Source: Candidatus Heimdallarchaeota archaeon
Lineage (GTDB): Archaea; Asgardarchaeota; Heimdallarchaeia; JABLTI01
Reading direction: 5' to 3'
NCBI GenBank assembly: GCA_019058275.1
Contig: JAHLVW010000045.1
Span: 1 to 64,000 of the forward strand
DNA: 64,000 bases
How positions within the stretch are numbered: the stretch's first letter is position 1; every line of letters starts with the position of its first letter. The notes beneath the pieces were generated by a model that did not search any database, had not been told where the DNA came from, and worked only from the letters and a program-made list of their open reading frames with translations. A program made the translations under genes and the position numbers. Below are positions 38,882 to 49,542 of this stretch, one piece after another.

Positions 38882-39643
38882 TTAAATGCTAAAAATAGGT
38901 AATTTGAAATAAACTCCCTTTGTCAATAATGCTTCGATCAGAGGTTTGAAAATAGCTTCAATGCCAGGATAGTCATGTAATAGGATAATATCATTTGATC
39001 TACTATAGTTTAGACCACGACATCCTTCTGGTTCATCTTCATCCATTCTTGCTAAAATAGATCTCAGATTATTATACCCTAAAGGGTGTTCTGTTCCAGT
39101 AGAACGGTATTCAGCAACAGCACAATCAAAGGTATAGTAAGTCCAGTAAATATCAAGATCAAGATGCAATCCTGCATTCTTATACCATTTATAGGAAATG
39201 TTCTCAAATATTGGCTGCTCATAGCCATGTTTTTTAAGATAGTTTTGAATTCCCCGCATGAATAATTTCTTCTCTTTATCATCTGGCCAACCTAATTCAG
39301 CATCTGTTCCTGACCCCTTATCTCCATAAGGAAAACGGAATAATTTAGCTGGTCTAGTTACTTCTGCATCCCGATAGATTTTATCGATGATTTCATCTGT
39401 CTGCTTAATCTCTTGAAAACATTCATTAAGGGACAATTCTGAAAAACGAGGGTGACTATAGGAATGATTGCCAAGAACAAATCCTTTCTTTATTGCATAA
39501 ATTCCATCATCTGGTCTTTCTTCAAGATACTGTCCTCTACAGAAGAATAGTGCTGGAATTTCTTTAGATGTAAGTAATTTCACCTTATTAAGAAAATCTG
39601 CAGAAGGAGCATCATCTATAGTCAGATAACCAACTTGTTTCAT
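38882..39643 (-). CDS. Polysaccharide deacetylase (NodB/CE4)
   Basis: LTIDDAP, NHSYSH, FRFPYG, ILLHD. Confidence 0.9.
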   Translation of the reverse strand: MKQVGYLTIDDAPSADFLNKVKLLTSKEIPALFFCRGQYLEERPDDGIYAIKKGFVLGNHSYSHPRFSELSLNECFQEIKQTDEIIDKIYRDAEVTRPAKLFRFPYGDKGSGTDAELGWPDDKEKKLFMRGIQNYLKKHGYEQPIFENISYKWYKNAGLHLDLDIYWTYYTFDCAVAEYRSTGTEHPLGYNNLRSILARMDEDEPEGCRGLNYSRSNDIILLHDYPGIEAIFKPLIEALLTKGVYFKLPIFSI

Positions 39644-39789
39644 GATTTGGTTTATAATTTGGTTTAATTTAATTCTTTCGTGAAAAATCCAGAAAAAAAG
39701 TAATTAGTCTTTTTATATTTTCAAATGATATAATAAGGAAATCTTTAAAACAATAACTTGAAACGACCTAATTATTAACACTTAAATTT

Positions 39790-39877
39790 GCGGGGGTTGC
39801 CCAGTCTGGTCAAAGGTGCAAGACTCAGACTCTTGTCTCGTAGGAGTTCGCGCGTTCAAATCGCGCCCCCCGCACCA
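39790..39877 (+). tRNA. tRNA-Leu(CAG)
   Basis: GCGGGGG/CCCCCGC acceptor, CAAGA-CTCAGAC-TCTTG anticodon arm, long variable arm, CCA. Confidence 0.95.
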
Positions 39878-40013
39878 GTTCTTTCTTTTGTTGAGAATGT
39901 TAAATTACCAGATTGAATTATATTAGTTATGTTTTTTCAAAAAGGAGTGGTAGATATATTTAGATAAACTAAAAAAAATAACATATTAGATTTCACAAAA
40001 GGGGTTTATTGTA

Positions 40014-40499
40014 TTGAATAAGAGAAAAATCTTCATTCTTGTATCGATATTGGTTTTTGTTATAGTAACACCAATTTTTTACTCTCAAGCACATCGCATT
40101 TTTAAAAGAAATTCTCTACAATTGCGATACTATACTATAGAATCAGTAAATTGTACAGATAAATTTGGAGATTCAATAACACTTATGGTTAAACCTTCAC
40201 TTAATATTCGATATGAAATATTTCCAGAAGTGATAAATCCTTGGGATAATATCACTTACTATGATAATATAACACATTATAGCTGCTTTGGAAAAAGAGA
40301 AAATGAAGATTCATTTTCTACATTCATATTTAGTTTAGATATAAAGGTAAAGCAAAATAGGGAATCACAAAAAATTAGCTATACAGCAATAGCAATATTG
40401 GGTGCTGACAGATGGTGTGAGAGTTTCTGGTTTGGTAAACTCGGTGGAGAATTACTTATCACTTTCCGTTTCTTATTGATACAACCCCGTACCAGTTAA
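40014..40499 (+). CDS. Exported hypothetical protein
   Basis: N-terminal signal or TM segment. Confidence 0.55.
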   Translation: MNKRKIFILVSILVFVIVTPIFYSQAHRIFKRNSLQLRYYTIESVNCTDKFGDSITLMVKPSLNIRYEIFPEVINPWDNITYYDNITHYSCFGKRENEDSFSTFIFSLDIKVKQNRESQKISYTAIAILGADRWCESFWFGKLGGELLITFRFLLIQPRTS

Positions 40500-40522
40500 T
40501 TTATTATCTTTTTATGCTTATT

Positions 40523-41416
40523 TTATTTATATTCTTGAATGAGTTTTTGTGAATCCACTTTTCCCATTTTTTTTGCAAACTCCAATGATGGTTGCTTAGC
40601 ATTTGGATATACGACATTGTTCCAGTAAAGTTCATCGCAAAAATCACCATGATGTAGTGTTTGTGTTCTTCTCATATGAATTGTATATCCCTCATTATTA
40701 CTTGGATGGTCTCTACTATAACAAGAGCTAAGATAAGCGATGTCAGGATCATTAAGATCTTTAAGAACTTCATGAACGACACATCTATCAAATTTGTAGA
40801 ATTCTTTGTAATCATCAAAAATAACAATTGTAAAGTCTCCTACTCCTAACTCTCGATATTGCTTCATAATACGTTCTCTTGAATTAATTCTCGTAACTTT
40901 TCTGGGATCTTCGGGCATTTCCGGGGGATTTTGTTCTTTCCGTTCTTTAATTAAATATTTGACAATTTTTTTGTATAAATTGGTAGCTTCTTCTTTTCCC
41001 AAGATATCTTCAATTGCTTTGACTCTATAATAAGAGAGATGACTTGATGCTTTACGGATATTAAAATATCGAAGATCTATTTCTTCCTCTGTAGTATTCA
41101 GACCTTTTGGAAGTTCAAGTAACTTGCATAAAAAATTACTAATTACTTTTTCAAGTTCAGGATATTTATTCAGTATTGATTGATTTTGTTCTATTTTTTC
41201 AATATCAAATTGATCAAAATCGATTTGGAATTCTTTTATCTCATCATTTAGTCTTTTTTCAAAAGCAAGTAAGTATTTTCCTAATTTGTTTGGTTTAAGT
41301 TTGTAGAAATACTTAATTACTGAATCAGTTTGTTCAAAATTACTTTTCATAAAATTAAAAAGGTTAATTTTGCTTTTTGCTTCTGTATTAAAAAACTGGC
41401 ATGGTTTTATTTTCAT
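40523..41416 (-). CDS. L-2-amino-thiazoline-4-carboxylic acid hydrolase-like protein
   Basis: DRC…CYSRD…RRTQTL…GDFCD Cys pattern. Confidence 0.75.
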   Translation of the reverse strand: MKIKPCQFFNTEAKSKINLFNFMKSNFEQTDSVIKYFYKLKPNKLGKYLLAFEKRLNDEIKEFQIDFDQFDIEKIEQNQSILNKYPELEKVISNFLCKLLELPKGLNTTEEEIDLRYFNIRKASSHLSYYRVKAIEDILGKEEATNLYKKIVKYLIKERKEQNPPEMPEDPRKVTRINSRERIMKQYRELGVGDFTIVIFDDYKEFYKFDRCVVHEVLKDLNDPDIAYLSSCYSRDHPSNNEGYTIHMRRTQTLHHGDFCDELYWNNVVYPNAKQPSLEFAKKMGKVDSQKLIQEYK

Positions 41417-41565
41417 TCTTTACCCTCATTTTTTTCTAATCAATCTAGAGACATGCTCTATTTTGATTGATTTACATAAATATATAAGACTTATTACCTT
41501 TTATTAAGAATACTCTCTCTCTTATTTAAGAAAAACAGTCTTTAATTTTACTCACTCTATATGAC

Positions 41566-41588
41566 TTCAAATCGCGCCCCCCGCACCA
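41566..41588 (+). repeat. Exact copy of tRNA-Leu 3' end (att-like)
   Basis: TTCAAATCGCGCCCCCCGCACCA, identical to 39855-39877. Confidence 0.92.
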
Positions 41589-41618
41589 ATTCTTCTGTTT
41601 TTGTTCTGAATGCTAAAC

Positions 41619-42008
41619 TTACCTTTTCCTTTCTTTTCCCTTTCGGGATAAACGATATGGTTCATAAGCAAAACCCAGATTGCCTTTTACTTTATGAAAG
41701 CCAGTATCGCCAGTATAGGTTTCTCGTACAGTTTGTACCAATACAGCAGTTTTAACTTCAGCATCAAATTCTTCTTTTAGAATGTCAAACCAAACATACT
41801 GTCCTCCCACTTTGACTATCTTTTCAACGTCTATCGGAACGACAACAGTTTTTTTGAAACGTTTTCTCACCAAAATCATTGCATGTGGTTTATATTTCTT
41901 GATTGTTTTTCCAAGAAGTTTTTCAATCTTGACAATTTTTCCTAATTTATTGCTGTTTTCATCAACTGCAATTTTGCTAATTAATCGTGAAAAATCCATT
42001 ATTCTCAT
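41619..42008 (-). CDS. PRC-barrel-like protein (paralog 2)
   Basis: LISKIAVDENSNKLGKIVKI; highly similar to 47909..48286. Confidence 0.7.
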   Translation of the reverse strand: MRIMDFSRLISKIAVDENSNKLGKIVKIEKLLGKTIKKYKPHAMILVRKRFKKTVVVPIDVEKIVKVGGQYVWFDILKEEFDAEVKTAVLVQTVRETYTGDTGFHKVKGNLGFAYEPYRLSRKGKERKR

Positions 42009-42160
42009 AATAATATGTACGAAGACACTAATAATACTACTGTAATCTCAACACTTCTTAGCAGGAACCATGTCGGAAAATAACTGAATTTATCGATGAC
42101 AAAATAGAATAACTATAAATGAAGTATTCCTTCCAAGTCTCTCTAAGTGTATGTGAGACA

Positions 42161-42207
42161 TCTTGTCTTGTAGGTGTTCGCGCGTTCAATTCGCGTCCCC
42201 TGCACTA
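42161..42207 (+). repeat. Degenerate copy of tRNA-Leu 3' half (att-like)
   Basis: 41/47 identity to 39831-39877. Confidence 0.88.
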
Positions 42208-42217
42208 CTCTTCTTTT

Positions 42218-42697
42218 TTATCCTTCATTGATTTCTTTACCAAATTTAGAGGATTTTTTCACTCCTAGATAGAATAATCTTCTGAACTTGGCTTTGTTGA
42301 CAACTTGTGCTCCTACTTCTTCAATCTTTGTTTTCATGTACTCAAGTGCTTTTCCACCACTGAAGCGAGCCGTAGTAAAAACAATAGCCCTTTTTCCACT
42401 AAGATTTTTCATTCTGCTTATAATTTCATTAAAAGCATTAGGTGGTTTTGAACCATAAGTTGGCATACCAATTATGATTAAATCATAGTCTTTAACATCA
42501 AGAGCATTCAACTCAGTTTCTATCGCTGAGAAATCTCCATTCTCGTATTTATCAAGCATTTTTATCTTTTCAATAAATTTTCCAGTTAATTCAATTAGAA
42601 AGAAGGTCACTTCATAGTTGGTCAGAGAATTTGCGATAGCTTTCGCGGTTTTCTTCGTTCGTCCTCCCATCGTAAAATATGCAATTAGAGTTTTCAT
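42218..42697 (-). CDS. Flavodoxin-like protein
   Basis: AYFTMGGRTKKTA; YDLIIIGMPTY. Confidence 0.88.
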   Translation of the reverse strand: MKTLIAYFTMGGRTKKTAKAIANSLTNYEVTFFLIELTGKFIEKIKMLDKYENGDFSAIETELNALDVKDYDLIIIGMPTYGSKPPNAFNEIISRMKNLSGKRAIVFTTARFSGGKALEYMKTKIEEVGAQVVNKAKFRRLFYLGVKKSSKFGKEINEG

Positions 42698-42776
42698 AGA
42701 CGATTAGTAGTATTCCTCATTAATGAACTTTTATTTTTAAAAATCTCTCCAAGCAGTTTTACTTGTTAAACTTAAT

Positions 42777-42818
42777 CTGAGCGGGAAAAGTAATGAGAGT
42801 CGGATTAGCCCCGCTCAG
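42777..42818. other. GC-rich stem-loop in an intergenic region
   Basis: Perfect 9-bp stem CTGAGCGGG/CCCGCTCAG. Confidence 0.6.
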
Positions 42819-43037
42819 GTCGAAAAGGGGTTCAATTGTCTTTATGGGGATAAGCTTCTTTTCTGGTCTCCGTCGCTTAACCAATCAACCAATTGTATGA
42901 AATTTAGTATTTAAAAGAGTTTCAAAGGAAAGATGTTGCCAGAAAATGACTCTTTAGTATCTTAATTTATAATTGATGAAAGGAACAGTAACTCATCATT
43001 AGAAGACCTGTTAAATCAAAAAAAAAAAAAAATAAAT

Positions 43038-45658
43038 ATGCTCTATTACTATTATTTGTACAAATATTGTATAATTCTGAAAATGTGTTTTGTAGAGAAG
43101 CAAGTGGTTATAATCTTGAACGGGAAAGAAAAAGCCAAATGGAAGCAATCATGCTTAATTTCTATTCTATTGTTAGTTGCATCTTTAAGCTTAGGGTACA
43201 TTATATTAAAACCAACTCATGTTAATGGTAGTGAACCTACAATAGATTCTACTTTGAGTAGCAATTTTGTACTTGCTAATGCAAACTTTTCCAAGGTCAG
43301 CGAGTATGATAATAATTTTGACAACTTTGATACAAATGATTTATTTATTTCAAATAATTGAGCTTTTCTTGCAGCTGGATATGCAGGGTTAATTATTTTT
43401 GATGTAAGTGAAATAACCTCTCCCAAGATAATTGGGCAGTATGCGGATGGAAATTCTATAGTTAGTGCTTATGCTGTAGATGATTAGTTTATTTAGCAGC
43501 AAAAAATAATGGTCTAATTGTTGTTAATTGTTCAAATATAAATAATATAATAAAAGTAGGTCGATATGATCATTATAACATTCATGCTGTCTTTTTGACG
43601 GTAACTGTTCAAAATAATCTAGCATTTTGTGGTGCTACTTTTGAATCAGGTGAATCTGGTCTTCTTATTCTTGATTGTAGTAATTTGTATGATATAAAAT
43701 TGATATACGAAAATATTGATTATTTTCGCAATTATGTTGGGTAGCTTCACATTCGAGGAAATCAGCTCTTTTTTGTTGCTGTACAAGGAATATTAATTTT
43801 TGATATAACAAACCCACAAGAAACAACTCTGATTGATACAATTAGAGGTTATACACAAATCGAGAGCATTTCCCTCGTTGAAAACATCATGTATACCTGT
43901 TCAAACTTCTATGGATTTCTTATTTATGATATAACCAATATCTCTGATCCAATTTTACTTGGCAGATACCAAGAGGGAATAAGACCTTATGATGTCACAG
44001 TTGAAGATGATATCGCTTATATTGCCTGTAGAACTTATGGACTGATTTTGTTAGATGTTACTGATAACATGAACCCTACAAGATTATCCTACAATGATAG
44101 AGGTGGTTCTAAAAGCAGTCTGTGGTATCTGAATGATCATGTAATAATAAATGATGGTGAAAATCTACTCCAAGTATTTGATGTCACCAATTCTTTAAAC
44201 CCAATCAATATCTATAATCAAAGTCAAAGTGGTTATTCAACAGCTGTTGCATACTCAAATGATGAAATTTACATTGCAGATGGATTTGAAGGTTTGGAAA
44301 TAATAGATACTACTAATGTTCTTCATCCAACAAAGATTGCTACTTTTAACGAGGTTGGGTACAATACTACAGATGTTTGCATTGTGAATGACGTTGCTTT
44401 TCTTGCTGATGTGGTGTTTGGGTTAGTATCCATTGATATTTCTGTTAGTTCAAACCCTATAAAAATTGCCAATTGGACCGATGGGGGGCTACCCATTAGG
44501 GTTGCTGAGCAAAATGATGTTGTCCTTTTAGTTGATTATTCAGATGGGTTAGAAATCTTCAATGTTAGTGACCTAGCAAATCCTGTGAAAACTTTTACGT
44601 ATAGTATTGTTGGTGCAAAAGATGTGTTAATTGATAGTACTACTGCTTACTTAGCTGTTGAGAATTCAGGTATCGTAGTCCTTAACATTACAGACATTTA
44701 TGCCCCAACTGTTATAGATACAGTCTTAGATAGTGGACCAGCTAATGAATTAGAAAAGGAAGGTAATTTCCTCTACTTGGCAGATGGAACTAATGGCATT
44801 GAGATTTATAATGTAACAGATGTTTTCAGTATCTCAAAAATTACTCCTACAGGGAATGTGAACTTTGCAAAAGGAGTAACATATAGTGACAGTATGCTTT
44901 ATGTAGCAAATGGTTTTGATGGGGTAACAATCCTTGAAGTCTCACAATACACAGATTTGGTAATTGTTGGGCAATTCGATGATGGTGAAAAGACTCACTC
45001 TATTGCTATTTATCAAGAGTTCATATTTATAGCAGATGGTTATGATAATTTAGATGTTATAAGTAAATACAACGATAATGATGGTCTTGTAGATTATGTT
45101 GAAAACAACATCTATAATACTGATCCTAATGATCCCGATTCTGATCAAGATGGTTTGTCGGATTTTGAAGAACTGCTGATGTATAATACTAATCCTAACA
45201 ATTCAGATACAGATTCTGATCAACTACCTGATTTATTTGAATTAGAGAATTCATTGAATCCTTTTGAAGATGATGCTACAGAAGACCCCGATGAGGATGG
45301 TCTAACGAATTTAGAAGAGTATGGGTACTTGACTGACCCTCAAGATGAAGATACAGATGATGATTTTCTTACAGATTATGAAGAGGTAATTGACTACAAT
45401 AGTGATCCAAACAACCCGGACACAGACGGAGATGGTTGGTCAGATAGTTGGGAAGTATATTACGAAACTGATCCACTTGACCCTACTGATTATCCAGATT
45501 TAGAAACAACCCCACCATTTACTGAACCCCCTCCTGATTCGCTGTTCAGAGGACCTTTCAGCTACTATTACCTTCTTGTGATTATAGGAGGACCATTATT
45601 AATAGCAGGTATTGTATATTTAGCAATTAAATTGTTTAAGAAACCAGATATTGTCTAA
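43038..45658 (+). pseudogene. LVIVD-repeat surface protein with DxDxDG Ca-binding repeats and C-terminal TM; 5' part disrupted (intact ORF 43889..45658)
   Basis: LVIVD repeats continue through in-frame TGA 43359-43361, a frameshift near 43485 and in-frame TAG 43742-43744. Confidence 0.8.
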
Positions 45659-45709
45659 TCTCACAATAAAAATTATATTATCTTTTTCCATTTTCTCTTA
45701 GAAAGTTCT

Positions 45710-46495
45710 GTGGACAGGAATCATATGGTTGACATGGAGAGGATTACTTCAGTAATAACAGCATTTGAAGAATGCATTCAAGAATTACAGGTTGAAGGAT
45801 TAAAATCACACTTAGACTTGCAAAACGACAATATTTTTTGTGAGCTTGCTTCGTATTTGGTACAGCAATGCAATACCTCAAAGCAATGTTTAGATATTCT
45901 TATGCGAATTGCAGAACTTTACTCCAATATAATGGTAAAGGATATTTCACTCATCGATAAAGTCGTTCAAATTTGCAAACAAGAAGAATTAACCATTACT
46001 CCTTATGTGATAGGAATTTGGGAGCACGTGAATCTAATAGATAGTATAAACTTGATTGTTGAGCAAATTAACGAATTACATCCATTTGCTAATGATTTTT
46101 CATTAGTTCAATCTTTTGAGGAGAAAAGTTGTTGGTCTATTGAAAGAATAAAAGAAACAATTCAAGCTTTTGCTCATTGGGTAGATGAGGAGTTAGTACC
46201 TTTAGCACAAACAGAAAATTATTACTTGGAACTAGCTGAATTACTCTCTCCTTTAATACACAATCCTTCTCGAAAAGTAGCTAATGAACCTTTCTCTAAT
46301 CAAGTCAAGTGGTTCTGGGATTTAACTCAGCACAAGTATGATGAATCACCTACTAGTTGTTACAAAAAAATCTGCTATACTTTAGCTGAACTTAATATTG
46401 AACTTGCAGCTTCCAAAGAATGGATTCCATATCCTAACAAAGAATTTCACACTATGTTTTTGATTACAACATACCTTGAAGGAATAGATGTATAA
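45710..46495 (+). CDS. Hypothetical helical protein
   Basis: 261 aa ORF with no recognised motif. Confidence 0.6.
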   Translation: MDRNHMVDMERITSVITAFEECIQELQVEGLKSHLDLQNDNIFCELASYLVQQCNTSKQCLDILMRIAELYSNIMVKDISLIDKVVQICKQEELTITPYVIGIWEHVNLIDSINLIVEQINELHPFANDFSLVQSFEEKSCWSIERIKETIQAFAHWVDEELVPLAQTENYYLELAELLSPLIHNPSRKVANEPFSNQVKWFWDLTQHKYDESPTSCYKKICYTLAELNIELAASKEWIPYPNKEFHTMFLITTYLEGIDV

Positions 46496-46715
46496 TTCAT
46501 CCATTTAGGGTATTAATCACTCATAATTATCAGTAATTTTTTTATAGATGTATTTTAAGTAACAACTAAGGTTGCAATCATGTTTACCTTGAAAATTCAT
46601 CTAGATATCACTTGGCGTGATTGGTTTTAATCCCTCTAGATGATGTTAGGTAAAGCAAGCAGCTGTTTTTAACATTCTTTGGAGGTTTTTTAAATTACAA
46701 AAGAGTTGATAATAG

Positions 46716-47804
46716 ATGGCATTTGATGGGAAAATTACTGATACACAGAAAGCAATATCTGAATTTGGAATACAAGACATTGGTGAGATAGTTGACTCTC
46801 TCAAGGGGGATTTGTTACATCCTTACCTTGAAAGAGGATTGATGTTCGGGCATACAGATGCTACAAAGATTTTTGATGCTATTAAAAAGAAAATCAGTTT
46901 TGCAGTTATGACCGGTATAAAACCAACAGGGCAGTATCATATCGGTTCGCTTATTACATGCAATGAGGTTTTGTACTTTCAATCATTAGGAGGAAAAGTC
47001 TACTTCTGTGTAGCAGACATGGAATCTTATTTGCATAGCGGTACTTCACTAGAAGAAGGACACAACACTGCAATAGACAATGTTGCTGATATTCTAGCGT
47101 TAGGGTTGGATTACAAGAATTCCTATATCTATAAGCAATCTGAGCAAAAGGACGTACTAAAACTTGCTGTGCTATTTACAAAAAACATTACTTACAACAT
47201 GATAAAAGCAATCTATGGAGAGCAAGCATTTGGAGCATATCAAAGTGCTTTGATTCAAGCAGGCGATATCCTTTTACCACAGCTAAAGCAGTATGAAGGT
47301 CCTTGCTTAACAGTCACTCCTGTCGGATTAGAGCAAGCACCACATGCAAGATTAACAAGAGATCTAGCAAGGAAACAGCTATTTCGTGAACATTATGGTT
47401 TCAAGATGCCTTCATTTACATTTCATCAAATATTGGGTTCTCTTGATGGTGGAGATAAAATGTCTAAGAGTGCTGGACATAGTTTTATGTTAACTCTTTC
47501 TGAAACGTCAAAATCACTGAAGAAAAAGATTGCTCTTGTCTTTACAGGTGGAAGAGAAACTAAACAGGAACAATTAGAGCTTGGTGGTAGACCAGATATT
47601 TGCCGAGTGTTTGACCTTTACAGATTCTTCTTCATGAATAGGGAAGATGAACTCAAGAAACGACAAAAGGAATGCAAAACTGGTAAAATTCTCTGTGGTG
47701 AATGTAAACAGGATTTATTCTCAAGAGCATGTAAATTTATTGAGAAGCATCAAACGAAGAAAGAATCCAAATTCGACTTAGCTAAACAAATTCTAGAGGA
47801 ATAA
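46716..47804 (+). CDS. trpS: Tryptophanyl-tRNA synthetase, archaeal type
   Basis: TGIKPTGQYHIG, QAGDIL, KMSKS, FTGGR, CGECK. Confidence 0.93.
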   Translation: MAFDGKITDTQKAISEFGIQDIGEIVDSLKGDLLHPYLERGLMFGHTDATKIFDAIKKKISFAVMTGIKPTGQYHIGSLITCNEVLYFQSLGGKVYFCVADMESYLHSGTSLEEGHNTAIDNVADILALGLDYKNSYIYKQSEQKDVLKLAVLFTKNITYNMIKAIYGEQAFGAYQSALIQAGDILLPQLKQYEGPCLTVTPVGLEQAPHARLTRDLARKQLFREHYGFKMPSFTFHQILGSLDGGDKMSKSAGHSFMLTLSETSKSLKKKIALVFTGGRETKQEQLELGGRPDICRVFDLYRFFFMNREDELKKRQKECKTGKILCGECKQDLFSRACKFIEKHQTKKESKFDLAKQILEE

Positions 47805-47908
47805 TTTATGCATAAAGAAAATCTATCTGTGAAATATTATCTAAAAAACAAAATACTAAATTGTTTTATGAACCATGCTAAACTTGGTATTTGGCATAGC
47901 TGAAAATT

Positions 47909-48286
47909 CTATCTCTTTCTTTCTTTACGTGTATGACCTAGATTATAAGGATCGAAACTTCTTACAGCTCCTTTTGAAGGTTCTGTAGAAAGCTGTCCAT
48001 GATAGATTTCTCGTTCAATTTTTGTCTCCTTAATTCGTTTTAATTCTGCATCAAAATCCTCTTTTAAAATATCAAACCATGCATATGTACCTTCGATTTT
48101 GATAACTTTATCAGCTTCAATAGGTACGATGATACTCTTTCTAAATCTCTTATTAACAAGTATCATTGCATATGGTTTGTATCTTTTAATGGTCTTGCCA
48201 GGTAATTTATCGATTCTAATAATTTTTCCCAGTTTATTGTTTTCTTTATCAGCTGCTATTTTTGCTATTAATCTTTTATAGTTCAC
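47909..48286 (-). CDS. PRC-barrel-like protein (paralog 3)
   Basis: LIAKIAADKENNKLGKIIRI. Confidence 0.7.
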   Translation of the reverse strand: MNYKRLIAKIAADKENNKLGKIIRIDKLPGKTIKRYKPYAMILVNKRFRKSIIVPIEADKVIKIEGTYAWFDILKEDFDAELKRIKETKIEREIYHGQLSTEPSKGAVRSFDPYNLGHTRKERKR

Positions 48287-48358
48287 ATCCTCTCACCAGA
48301 ATTCTACCTAGCATAAAAACGGATTATCTGTTATTTAAAGATTAATGTTCTTAATTCC

Positions 48359-49417
48359 CTAAGAACCATTTATATGTTGTCCATTTGATGAACCATTCTT
48401 AATCTGCTCTTTAATAGCCTTATTTTCAAAAATTACAGTTATTATTATTCCAATTGCAACAAGAGTCATGCCAAGAAAGGTTGTCCAAAATGGCACTTCT
48501 CTGAAAAATCCGTATGCTAGCAGTGTTGCTCCAAACATTTCTCCTAGTGCTGTAACAGTAATAACTGGTGCTTTGATGTACCCTAAGCTATAATTATAAA
48601 GTGAATGCCCAAGACAAGAAGGTCCAAGCGCAAGCAACCCAAAAAACATGAAGTGTTGCCATTTTAGGCCACTAATTATACTACCACGAGTTATTGGATT
48701 TGCTAAAACATAAATTAACAAAAATAGTGTACAGAAAGCATAAACTATTGTTGCATAAGAAAAAACATCTAATTTTTCTCTCTTCTTTCTACCAATAACA
48801 AAATAACCTGCACCAGTAATTGCTCCAGCAAGAGCTAATAAGTCTCCATAAAAATAGCCGGTTTCGTCACTTACAATGAAATCTGACACACCAACCATAA
48901 TAGCTCCAACCAAAGCTAAAATAATAGCTATAAATTGAGACCACGAAACTCTCTCCTTAAGAAAAATGAGTGATAAAATGAGAGCAAAAAAAGGCATCAA
49001 ATAGATAATAGTAATTGAATTTGCTACACTCGTCATTTGTAAAGACATATTCCATGTGGTAAAATGAATTGCAAGTAATAGACCTGATAGAGAAAGTAAT
49101 GGTATATCATCTTTAAGACTAACTTTCTTGAATTCTTTCAGATTCCTTGTTAGTAAAGTACCAATAAACATTCCAATAGTTGCAAAGAATAACCGCCAAA
49201 AAGCAATCACTGAAGCATCTGCTGGTTCTAAACCCAAATCTACTGCATCCTTGCCTGCATAACGAATTAGGATAGATGCAAAAGAAGTCATTATCATAGC
49301 AACAACTATGAGAATGTAAACATGCTTAGGTATTCCTTGTTTTTTTTCTTTCTGTATAGGAACCTCTTCAGGTATTTCTTTCTTCTCAGAAGGTCCTTGG
49401 TTATTATTCACAGTCAA
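48359..49417 (-). CDS. DMT/EamA transporter
   Basis: About 10 TM helices; AFWR, FLKE, GDLLAL. Confidence 0.9.
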   Translation of the reverse strand: MTVNNNQGPSEKKEIPEEVPIQKEKKQGIPKHVYILIVVAMIMTSFASILIRYAGKDAVDLGLEPADASVIAFWRLFFATIGMFIGTLLTRNLKEFKKVSLKDDIPLLSLSGLLLAIHFTTWNMSLQMTSVANSITIIYLMPFFALILSLIFLKERVSWSQFIAIILALVGAIMVGVSDFIVSDETGYFYGDLLALAGAITGAGYFVIGRKKREKLDVFSYATIVYAFCTLFLLIYVLANPITRGSIISGLKWQHFMFFGLLALGPSCLGHSLYNYSLGYIKAPVITVTALGEMFGATLLAYGFFREVPFWTTFLGMTLVAIGIIITVIFENKAIKEQIKNGSSNGQHINGS

Positions 49418-49542
49418 TGGAATCTAAAGAATATGGTCTGCTTGTTTATTAAATAAATTCCCTTTATGTTTAATAATAAAATAAAACCCAGTAAAAACTA
49501 GAATGAAAAAAGAAAAAAATGAAAGCTAATTGCCTACAATTA

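Noticed and set aside
41561-42207. Additional tRNA genes, and ORF 41561..41755
   Set aside because: Only 3' tRNA fragments with no 5' half; the ORF overlaps the repeat and is antisense to the PRC gene.
43359-43744. Sec/Pyl recoding of in-frame TGA and TAG
   Set aside because: An accompanying frameshift and non-catalytic repeat positions point to decay or error.
45070-45500. Repetitive DNA resembling an array
   Set aside because: Coding DxDxDG repeats, not CRISPR. No CRISPR array or rRNA was seen anywhere in the window.
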